This document shows positions 11,257 to 23,200 of a stretch of DNA of 64,000 nt, piece after piece; positions within the stretch are counted from its first letter, which is position 1; each line of letters begins with the position of its first letter. Under the pieces are notes generated by a model. That model had not been told where the DNA came from, searched no databases, and saw only the letters and a list, made by a program, of their open reading frames with translations. The DNA is from Callorhinchus milii (Eukaryota), in assembly GCF_018977255.1 (NCBI RefSeq), contig NW_024704759.1, positions 11,532,001 to 11,596,000 on the forward strand. Reading direction: 5' to 3'. A program made the position numbers and the translations under genes.

Positions 11257-14200
11257 TCAGTGACTGCCAAACCCCTGCTCCATTCTAACACGGCTCAGGC
11301 AACCGGAGTAACCTGCGCTAAGGATTCGCTTAACTGATGATGACGGTGCTGATGATGATGATGATGATGATGATGATAATAATCGTTGCGTTGGATGTCG
11401 CGCCTCAATCACGTCTTCGGGACGTCTCGAAGCGCTTCCAGGCTACGCTGTCAAGTGAATTGACTGCGTGTTTTGTGGGCAGCCAATTGCGCACAGCAGC
11501 GTCCCCCCCCCCCCCCCCCAACGCACAAACGGTCGTGGATTGAAGCGACCGATTTATTACTGTTTTTTTTCTGGAGGGATTATTATCAGGCAGTTGGAGT
11601 CAGGAAACTTTCCCAAGGTTTCGCCCTGCCGGGAATCAAACCCGGGTCTCTCGTTTGCTGTAACCACTGAGCTACAGGACTCCACATGCTTACTCTCGCC
11701 TAATGTATTGCTCTCGACTGGTGAAAACTAGTTGCAAATCCCAGGAGTGCAAAATGATGTCCAGATCGTAACTCCTCAACAATTGTCACCTTGCTGCTTC
11801 CACCTGCGGTTCTGTGGGCTCACAGACTAAAGTGGTCCCTTGTGGGTGTAACTTACGTCCCCCTCTTCATAGCCTAAGTCATTGAAGGACCAGGTGGCTG
11901 AATGATGAGGAAACTCTGAGGCTTGGGGTGACAGATGCTGGATGGCTTTACCTGGAGTGTGAGTTTGTGATCACACGTTCTTACATCCAGTGCCTGGAAT
12001 CCACCTTCCAGAGAGGCAAGAAGTCCTTGCTTAAACCCCGCACCTCCAACTGGTGGAACCAATGCTCTTATGCATTTCATGCTGAGCTGTGTTGTCCAAC
12101 AGAAAGCTTGTAGGGAGTTCCTGGTGCCTACCATCCATCTTGTGAGGGGTCAAATGACCATCGGGTGACTGTCCGTCCTGGGTGGGAGGATGAGTGGGGT
12201 TTCCTTGGAGCTGAACTGGCTCCATGGTGACATGTTGGAATGTCGGAATCGAGCCAGCCCTCTGTGATGGTCTTGCTGGTCCAGTTCCCGCACCAGGCAT
12301 GTCCGCAGTATTCCTATTAAAATTGCATCCAAAGCTCTAACATGGAGTATAAACACCGGCATGGATTGGTTGGGCTGAATGGCCTGTTTCCATGCTGTAC
12401 TGTAGCTTAGTGGTTAGAGCATTCGCCTCACAAGAGGGAAGACCTGGGTTCGATTCCCTGGCAGTGAGAAACATTGGTCAAGTTTCCTTACTCCATGCGC
12501 CTCTGTTTAGCTAGCAGTAATAATAAAGATAATCCATGCATTTGATATAGCGCCTTTCACATCTTCTCGACGTCTCAAAGCGCTTCACAAAATAGACTGG
12601 AAAGCGAATTGACCGTATATTTGTGGGCGAAATGCGGCAGCCAATTGTGCACAGCAGTGTCCCACAAACAGTCGTGGGTTGAGTGACCAAATTATTATTG
12701 TTGTTTTTTTCTTGAGGGATTATTATCAGGTGTGTGGAGTAAGGAAACTTGCCCAAATTTTCGCCCTTCTGGGATTCAAACCCAGGTCGCTCGCTTGTGA
12801 GGCAAGTGCTCCAACCACTGAGCTACAGGACTCTACAAGTAGGAACCCGTTTTTTAGTCGATTGCCGGATTGCTTTACCGGGACTGTTTGTGGGACGCTG
12901 CTGTACGCAATTGGCAGCTGCATTTCGCCCACAAAATATACAGTCAATTCACTTTACAGTATATTCTATGAAGTGCTTTGAGACGTCTCGAAGACGTGAT
13001 AAGGCAAGATATCAAATGCAAGGATTATTAATATTATTACTTTGTTTAAAAAAAATGCTTGTTGCGTAATTGTTGTGCAACACAGACCCAAGGGGAGATA
13101 TATGACTGATTCCCTGGTATTTTGTTGTATATCTTTTGTGGTATACATTGATTCATTTTACAGAATTAAAGTTACAGTGAAACCTGTTCAAGTAACCACC
13201 TCCATTCAGCAATCACCCCCTGTCAACAACCACCCTGGACACAGATAGAAAACAAAGACATAAACCCTTACCCTTAAATACATGTCACTTTGGCCCAGTC
13301 CCTGAGTGGTTGAAGACGGGTTTGATTGTATATTGTAAATGCTAATCTTTATTTCTGTTTCAATTACAGTATATACAAATAGTCATCCTAATGTTACTGT
13401 TCACTTTTAAACTTTCGACTTCCATGTTTGCGAAACCTCAGATTTATAAGAGCAAGTCAGTTTGAGGCAATAATTATTTATAACTTGAGTTTAATGTTTC
13501 TATGGTTTCAGGTCACGTTGAATATGGGCGCAGTTTATCAGCTACTAACAACAGGTTAAGTGTCTAAAGTACAATTGAACAGTGTTGCCTTATTACATTA
13601 AGTGTGATTTATAATGGCTCTACTTATGGAAAAGGTGCAATTACAATCAGTGTAATCCCTTGACTATGACTTTGCTGCTGTTATGAAACTTGAACAGTGG
13701 TGCAATATTACTAATAAAAACAGAAGCTGTACCTGTAATTTCTAAAATTGCTTTCAGTTGATTCACAGGGAAACAACTCCCCTTCCTGTGATTTTGCAAT
13801 GTAGGTGAGCATCAGTAGATAATGATTTTTAAGAGCAAAGATAATACCTAGTTTATGCTGTCATGATAAATCGACTGAAAGCTCAAGGAAACTCGGAACA
13901 AGGAGGACACCATCAAGCCTGTTTCTTTGAAGGACGAGGCAATACCTACACCTAAGCTATATTCAAGGACTTTAGGAATTTCCTGGAGCCCAACACACGT
14001 CAAGCAAAGACTCCAAATTGTTTATTCACGCGCACATATTCACTTTCTTAACTGTCCCCCTTCTCTCAAAGACGTTTTCAATTGTCCCGGCCAATAATTA
14101 TCATTGCCCCGTCCAAGGTTTGTGAAACGAATGACAGTCAGAGGGTGATGGTAACAAAAATGTGAAAAATGATGCTAATATTAAGTGAGTTGACAAGTCT

Positions 14201-17200
14201 TCCATAAGACTACCCTTTCAATGATATGATTGCCATAATTAATAAAAGATTATGCTCAGTTATGAAAAAAAGAGCAGTCTCCTGTTACCAGACAGGCATT
14301 GTTTCTGTAATAGTTTCACTGAATAAGCAAATCAACAAACTACTACAGTACTTTGAAAACTTGTTTTCATAGAAACAGAAATACACTAAAGGTCCAAAAA
14401 TTGCACGAGCTCTGTACTTTCATGATGCACAGTGGTACTAGAAAGAACCTTTTTACAATGTGTATAGAGGTAATGTCAAGCACGGATTCTTTGTGCCTTT
14501 GTACATTGTGTCACTGAAACAAATATTTACAATACTGGATCGTATGTGTTGTAGTGTGAAATGTTTATTGCCCGTAGAAGAAGACACATTGTTAAAACAG
14601 CAATTAATGGCACACAGGTCTAGTAGAGTGCTAATAATTGCTTCATCAGAGATGCTTTTATGGTACTTCTATGGTACTGAGTTTTGAACCTCGATGTTAG
14701 GAGCGTGCGGCTTGTAATTTTATTAAGTTTAAAAACATCAACAGACCTTAGGTTCACACTACTAGCAACACTTTTATATCCGCTTCTCTTGTTGGTGATT
14801 GAGAATGTTTCCTGTCTTATTTTCTCTTTGCCAGTGAAAAAGGACAAAGTAGCCTCAGAAAGATAACCCTGATATAGATGGTTGGGATAGACCTCCCATC
14901 TGGTTGCTATATGTTGAGTGGAGATTGCCATCATTTTTGGTCTTGGATGCCTATTTGGCACATTAATATGAATGTAAAGCTGCATACAGCACCTTGCATT
15001 AACTGAAGTACATTCCTTGTGTTTTTTTTAAATTAATTTTAGACACAGGATAGTCCTGATTTCTTTGCACTTTTAGGACACCAGTCAGAGTCAAAAGGGA
15101 AATTAAATACTGTGGTGTAATTTTCTGTTTGGACAAAACATTTTTTGTGATTGGTTCAACAGATGTAATGTTTTTTTTCTGTTAATTCTGTTTTTTGATT
15201 TAGAAACTTTCACATAAGAATTACTTAAGAGGAAACAGGCCACATGGCCCAATTAGTCTGCGCTAGTGTTTTTACTCCACATGAACTTCCATCCCTCCCA
15301 ATTTATTCTCCTCTGTTCCTCTATTCCCATGTATATGTTGGCTAGTGTTAGAGAAATGAGCTATGAGCAATGATTAGACAAGTTAGGGTTCCTCAGACTT
15401 GGGAGACAACAACTCATAGGGGTTCTTTATAAAGGTGTATAACATTTTAAATGGGATTGAAGAAGTAAACTCAGAACAATACTTTTGGATTAACAAGACG
15501 GGAGAACAATAGAAGATAGGTTTTAGAGTTGCGAAGATCATTTTCAAGTCAGATACCAAGAAGTGTTTCTTAATCCAGTGAGTTGCACAAGTTGCCAGGA
15601 AGGGTGGTGAAGTAGTGCGGGGAATTTTGGATAAATGAGATCAGATGGGCTAAAGGATGTTCTTCTTATGAAATAATCTCTTGATCTTGTGATATTTCCT
15701 TATACAACCACAGCTTCTACATTCTCACCAAGCTCTGCATAAAGAAATGAAACCCATCGACAGCTGTATCTATGAAATAAAACTTGTTTTGCTGAGTAAT
15801 GGCATAGTTTCAATGTTTTAAAATAAAAAATAATAAACGCATCAGATCTTAATACAGAGCATTGAAGAGTAAAATGTATTTAGCAAAGGGGACCAAAAGT
15901 AACTTTTCATAGCGTTGGTTATCTTACGTAAAATCTTACAATGATAATTGTTCCCAGAAACTGCAAATGAGAAATGCAAAGATTTTGCTTATAAATACCT
16001 ATCTAAATGTTATTATCCATTCTAGAGTAATTTAACACATTTTCCATTTACATTTAAATTTTATTTGAAGCAATGTATTTTTCTTTTACACTTGTGATTT
16101 TCTGTGATGTATTTGCTTTTAATATATTATTGTCTTAAATATTCTGAGCTGGTACACTCTTTCCCCAGGGGCACTTACCATCTTCATTACATCATCAATC
16201 ATTAAAGAATTTTTTTTTACCAACTTAAAATGGGTACTGCAATAGATTACATTTTTGCACCAATATGCATGTGTTACTTCTTACATGGTGATAATGTTTT
16301 TATAGAAGAAAGTAGCTTGAAAATGATTTTGAGGAAACAGTGAAAATCGTTAAATAATATTGCAGCTAATTTTGCAATGGAATGGAAATGAATGCACTGT
16401 CACGGGAAATCTAGTTGCAAGGACATTGTTTTGTAACTAAGTTCCTGCAGTACATTGAATTCATACAATACACGTACATGCATTAAGTGTAATGCCTACA
16501 AATTAAATTCTGTATAAATGAGAAAGGATGAAAAAGTGAAATTGACTGTGAAATACAAATAGTTCAAAGTGCATAGCAATCACTGATGTAATGAAAATCT
16601 GGTATCCTGTTCAATACTTGTTACTATTGTAGAAACCAAATATCTCTATAACAATGGTTTTATTTTGCAGGTGGAGCTTCATATCCATCTTGATGGGGCT
16701 ATAAAACCTGAGACAATTTTGTACTTTGGGAAGTAAGTTGTTTACTGGATTAAAGAACTCGTTTTTCTTTGTGTTTTCTGTCGTTTTGCTGAAGTAAAGA
16801 TGTGACTCTCAAAATCAAGTAACTATGTTGCCAATCACAGAACCTTAGATGTTTTAGCATAGAAAGAAGGCACTTGCCACACCGTGCCTGTGCTGTGGTA
16901 GCTCCATATTTTATACGTGGGAGGTGTAGATAGACAAATTCATTAGTGAAGACAATTTTAAGCAGACTTGACGTTTCAATGTGCGGACTCGAGTGTCCAG
17001 TGCAGACTTGAGTCAGGCATGGTCTCGATTCCTAATTCTTGGCTTTGCAAGAACCATTGTGTATATTCCTCAAATTCATGTACTGTCCTCGTATTTCTGC
17101 CTCTTTTGTCAGAAAATGTAGAGTATCTGGGACTAGAAATAGTGTGAACTCTGTAGTCCGTTGATAATTGAGGTCATTGGAACAACTCATTCTTTTGGAA

Positions 17201-20200
17201 TGGTGATATAAATAGTGGTAATTAAACATGAGATTTCACTTTTGACATTGGACTATGGCCAAGGTACATGCACATTAGGCAACAAATGATTATAATACCA
17301 AATGTGCACGTTAGTACTAAACTATCTGAAGAAGTGAATCTTGCTGTGTTGCAATCCAAGTCATGTGTTTCTTACTTACTTACTTTGTAATTTTAGAACT
17401 TCCTTCCTTATGTTTAAAATCACAATTCATGCTGTGCATCGGTATTGCACAGTGCATACTAATCTGGAACATACACCCTTGAATTTCTGTTCTAGTCTTT
17501 AACTTACCTCACCAGTCTCGTTCACACACTTCTATTTTGTGTATTAATGTAGTTTACTGATTGGTGTTAATTGAACTGCATCATTTTATAATTTAAAATG
17601 ATGGGGGTGGGGAAAGGTAGCTCCTTGGAGCTGAACTCGCATCCACAAGGTCATCTATTGTGTGAGAGAGGAAATATCATCTGGTTGCTTCATGGCTCCA
17701 AGGTTTTTTGTTATTCAACTCCCTGTCATTGTCCAGTTTATTTCTCAGGTGGTCGGTTCCCCGAAGATCTTAACAAAGCTCTCTGTTCCAACATAGTTAT
17801 TAAAAAAAATCACATAAAGTGGATTTTTGTATTTTACCCAAGTGTTCAATCAGTGCCTTTGCAAGATTTTCATCCAATGATGCTTCCTTTTTAAGTGATT
17901 CAATGCATCGCTATTGGATATCAGTATGTGGTTTGGGGGAAATCAACAATTGTATAGAGCAGCAAATTATATTTTGATGGTTTGCATCCATGCCTCATGT
18001 GTTGCTCTAATCCAGGGTTGTATGGGAAGGTTAAATTGGCTCTGGGTTAGAGAGGGGGGAAAACAGCAAGATTTCCTGCTCCCTGGTATTATGCATCTGT
18101 GACAGCAGGTAAGGAGAGGTTTCCCTTGGCTATGTTGAAAATTGTTCAAAAAGATAATATCAATAGACATGGCATTGACAGTGTTTGTCTGTGGAGTTTG
18201 CTTTTTTTTATATAAAGCTAATAAATACTGCCTCTGTGCTAAGCTTTGACAGCCATCTATGAATTATTGTCCTTAACGGGGCCACACTGCACGTGTGTTT
18301 TACATTAGGCAATAAAATCTGGTATGTTTATTGATTGCTGAATGACACACTCCAAATGATTCACATTTTGGATTTTAGAGTCTCTGCAATAACTTTGTAT
18401 TTATAGGTTTTAGGATGTTCACACCCTGTTGATAGTGTAGATCTAAATGGTTCCCAAAGCATCAGCTGAGCAGTTTTGCATTAGTTCAGAGATGAGACAG
18501 TTATAATCCTGAAAAGGTGGTACCATTATAATGATCTCATTGCAATTTCTTCTTACATAATTCCTCTGTGGAGCCATTATTGTTTCAAGCTTCTCATTTC
18601 TATCACCACCACCATCATCAGTATCATTACTTATTCCTGCACTTTAGTCCCATTGGATGCTGATTTGACAGAGAGGATTATATGCTTAATCCAGGGAGTG
18701 CATTTAATCTGGGTCATTCTTTGCCTTCCTACCTAATCAGGATTGCGATAGTATTTGAAAGAAACTACTACGTACAACAAGTTATATTGATATAGTGCCC
18801 CTCATATAGCGTCTCGGAGCGCTTGACAATGGCAGAGCACAATGCCACTTTTTACGTATAATTGAAGGATTTCTCTCCTTGTGTGCCTTCAGTCGCCCTC
18901 CTATAGCCTTGACCCCCCCCTCCGCCCACCAACCCTCCTGATCCCAACCACCAGCTTGGGTGCGGATCCCTGACTGCACAGAGCTTTGGGAGGTCCTCCT
19001 GTCATGAAAGGCACCGTAGAAATATAATTTGCTGTTGTTGTTTTGTGCCAAATATTGCGAACTATTTCTGCTTGTGTTTAGAAGATATCTATTTCTACCC
19101 CCTCATTATTTTAATTCAGTAAAGGCTACATCCCCCCAGGTCCCAGATGCTTATTATTGAGCCAATAGTAATGTAGAAATTCAATGGCGGCTTGGAACAA
19201 TGTTGTCCCCAGCCAGTAATGATGTTTTATATATATGTATGTATTATTGATAGCCACAGGACCTTGAAGGATGCTGATCCAGGTTAACCGAATGAGAATG
19301 GCTTACGTGCTGTTTACTAAATTAGCAAAATGTTTTTATTTTGGGTTTAGGTATTTCTCTCTTCAGCATCTGTCCAAACCCCCAAAAAAGAGAGCAGTAT
19401 TTCACTCAAGTCCAAAATGCAACAAATGGGAATAATCGAGCCTCCGGTGACAATCTTTCCCCTCCCCCAATTGAACTACAATAAACTCTCTGCATATAAG
19501 TGTGCTAAACTTTAGCAAATGCAGGAACAATCAACGTTACAAGTAATTACACAGAATTGCATTACATTATAACTTCCTGTTTCCTTTTGAGTTGCGTAAT
19601 ACTTCGTCCGCATTAAATAAAATGAGGCTCCCCTTTTAATTGGATTGTGTAGATATTGTTTAGTTTTGAATTCAATGAACTTTGTGTTTCTCAATGTCCT
19701 TAGTGTGAAAATATCAGTTCAGTTGAGAATATGATTCATGAAAACAACCAGAAATATAAACAGGAAGGCTTGTGCAGATGTTTGAGGCACCCAAGAGGGG
19801 AGGGTGGGAAGCATTACTGGTTAAATATTTCTGCTTTAAAATCTAGGTCATTTATCACACAAACCAAGATCGGAACTGACACAGGGAGGCTGAGGTTATG
19901 CCTGTTTATCTGACATGAAGTTGTGGTCAGACATTATTTCCTGGTTCTTGCAATTTTCCTGAAAGAATTAGCAGAATTAAAACTGTGTCACAGAGTGTTT
20001 GGTTTGCAATTTCTTCTCCAGAAATTAAATCATGCGATGATCTCTGGATATTCATCAGAAAATTCTTGAGAACTTTTTTTTTCCCCCCACTGCAAGTCCA
20101 AACAACTTCCTGCCATAATCCTTCCCAGGCACTTTGCCAATAGAGTTGGATCTACTGCCTTCAAGAAACTATTTGCTTGGCTTTATGATTATTATTTATT

Positions 20201-23200
20201 TAGTATTCAACATTGGAGACTCAACCAATATTATTTTTCTTTAAGCTGAATTTGGGAAGGACATTAGCATGAAGTTATATTCCTACAAATGCCAACAAGC
20301 AGTTGAAACATTGGGAGTGAAGCACATTTAGTCCTGTGAGTCTTTTTTTCTCCTTAATTGCTCGCAGAGTAGCTCACTAATACTCTAAGGATATCACAAG
20401 TGTGCGGAACTATTAAAACATACATTTTGTTTGCTTCAGGTTCCTGCATTCCAACATCAAATCTGGTCCCTTTTTGCTTTAGGTCAATAGATTTATTCTG
20501 TTTTCGAAGTACTTATGCTTTCAGAAAGGAGTTATGACGAGTTACTTAATAATAATAATAGTAATAATAATGATAATCCTTGAATTTGATATAGCACCTT
20601 AAAGAATATACTCCAAAGTGAATTGACTGTATATTTTTGTGGACGAAATGCTTTGAAAAAGAAACAGCGTGATGTAGTTCCTCCTAAACTCCCTATTATA
20701 TCTACCTATATTTATTATATCTAGTTAATATTTATGTCCTCTAGTTATGGATTCACCAACAAATCCACTTTGGACATTTAACCCACTTTGTCCTCCCCCT
20801 CCTTGACGCATCGAGTGAAAACGTGATAGTGAGCGCATTAGATCTGCATCAACTCTACAATCCAGTTGTGTGGGGATATTAGTGCAAGTGTAGTGTTAAC
20901 GGGAATACTACCCTACTTCCTGTAGCAATCCTTTCAATTGAATCCAAGGAGAAGCAAGCAGGCCACAGTCCTTGGTTTAACACAACAACATTTTCATGGG
21001 AGCAATCAATGAAATGACGTGAACGTTATTAGAATAATGCTATTCAAAGAGCAGGCTGCTTGTCTGCTGTGTTATGGTTTGATATAAACTTTCTCTTTAT
21101 CAGGAAAAGATGTATGAAATTGCCTGCGGACACAGTCGAAGGACTAAGGGACTTGATTGGATACGACGAACCCTCCACTCTGACAAAATTTCTCGAAAAA
21201 TTTAATTACTACATGCCCATTATAGCGTAAGTAGAAACGATGGTTTATTATTTCAGTGTGAGAAAGTGCTTCATTGCCTCGGCATGACCTGAATGCATGT
21301 GAGGATTTATATTGCAATGCCATGTTCTCCCATTCACCACCACAGTTCATCAGTGCAACAATGCGCTGTCAACACAGTTGTCACAAGAGGCCAATTTCAA
21401 ATGCGTTCCATAATCTCCTTTCAGTATGATTAAATACAAATGCACTAGGAATGTTTGGGTTCACAATACTGTACAACAATAATGAGGGAAATCCGTCCAC
21501 TTTACAAATGAAATTGTTAGCCTATAGCAGTCAAATCCTCAGACTCTTATTGAGATAAATTGTGACATGCAAAAGTATTTAGTCTAAATTGGACAATTAT
21601 TTCAGATCATGATGTGTATTATTTAGGGCATAAGTTCTGTATTTGGTTTGAAGGCTTTGTTTTTCGGAGCAGTGGGTCTTTTCTAACAATAGTTAGTAGA
21701 TAAGGTTTATTCATAAGGGTTGCCAAGTAATTTCCTAATCCTACTCGGACTGCAGGATGTGACCTTTCAGGGCTAAATATATTCCTTATAAAGGACTGAA
21801 TCTTACACCCTTTTTACCTCAAAAGTGTTGGAGGCAGATTTATTAACTATAAATAATAAACTTTTAAAGCAACTTTGGCGCTTTCAGCAGATCAACTGTA
21901 AATCGGGTGAAGAAATGCTGCAACAAAGTCATTTATTTACCATTCTACATCCTTGGCATTGTGTGGTCACCTTGAAAGTCTGATAATATTCAAGCTGAAA
22001 GGAACCATTGTTTTTCTTTCCCTGCATACAGTGGGAGCCGAGAAGCTGTGAAAAGAATAGCTTACGAACTCGTGCAAATGAAAGCCGAGGAGGGCATTAT
22101 TTATTTTGAGGCTAGGTACAGTCCTCATCTTTTGGCCAACTCTGGAGTTACTCCCATTCCTTGGAACCAGCAACAGTAAGTAATAAAAATAAGCTGTGCC
22201 TTTGAGAAATGATGCCATTGACGTCCCAAGGCATTTCAGCATCTTGGGACGTCCTCCCGACGTGAAAGGCGCTATACAAATGTAATCTTGTTGTTGAAGT
22301 ATATTTGTAACAAGTCTTAACCCCCTTTAAGTACTTCCCTTTACCAGTCGAGACTTTTTTAAGGGCTGATCTGTATTATAATAGATTTATTGTCCATAAC
22401 AATGACTTGCATTTATCTAGCAACTTTGACACGCACGAAAAGAAAATACACAAAGCACTTATGAAAAGAGTTTGATTAGAAATGACGTGAATGTTATTAT
22501 TGTGGCCAAATGCAGCAGTTAAATTTAACGAGGAATGTGTTACAAGTGACCGAGAAGAGCAGTCAAATTCAATTGAGTTTGAGGTGATATAGGCTGAGGA
22601 GTGAACAGTTCAGACCATGGTATATTTATTATTTTATTCCATCTCAAAACAATAATTCATATAACCTCAGACAGTATATTAACAGGACTATGAAATATAC
22701 CACTTCAACTTTACCTCCAATTCCAGGGTATAATTGGACTGTTGAAAAAAAACACACGAGTACATTTCTTTACATACATTCAGAGGGTGTTTTTATTTGG
22801 GTTTGAGTGCATGCATAGGAACAGAACTGTGTGATTCTCTAAAGGTCGGTAAATCTACAGACACTGCCAGGTGAAAACAACTTATTGGGTATATCTTATA
22901 AACCCACAGCTACAAGTCTGTACTCTTATTGACTAGCGAACAAGAATGTTTTCTAGCCCGCAAACGTACTGACTTTGGAGAATTGCCGCTTGTGTGTGGG
23001 ATCAATCTCGGCATTGTTTGATGTGTTAATTAATAATGTAGAATAGAGCCCGTTTTGACTTGACTTCATTTCCATAAACAGAGGAGACCTAACTCCAGAT
23101 GAAGTGGTTCAACTCGTCAACCAAGGTTTGAAGGAAGGAGAAAGGGATTTTAACATCAAAGCAAGGTCTATTCTTTGCTGCATGAGGCATCAGCCTGGTA

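Noticed and set aside
11874-12362. Overlapping short ORFs in ADA intron 1
   Set aside because: No recognisable motif; possibly an old transposon remnant that I cannot classify by eye.
12400-12475. tRNA-like sequence with A and B boxes (also at ~11620-11683, ~12770-12833 and ~38890-38961)
   Set aside because: These are SINE heads continuing into the SINE body, not standalone tRNA genes.
13512-13554. Possible alternative ADA exon (TTTCAG acceptor, ATGGGCGCAG, GTTAAG donor)
   Set aside because: 43 nt long; its ATG is out of phase with exon 2, the donor is weak, and I recognise no homology.
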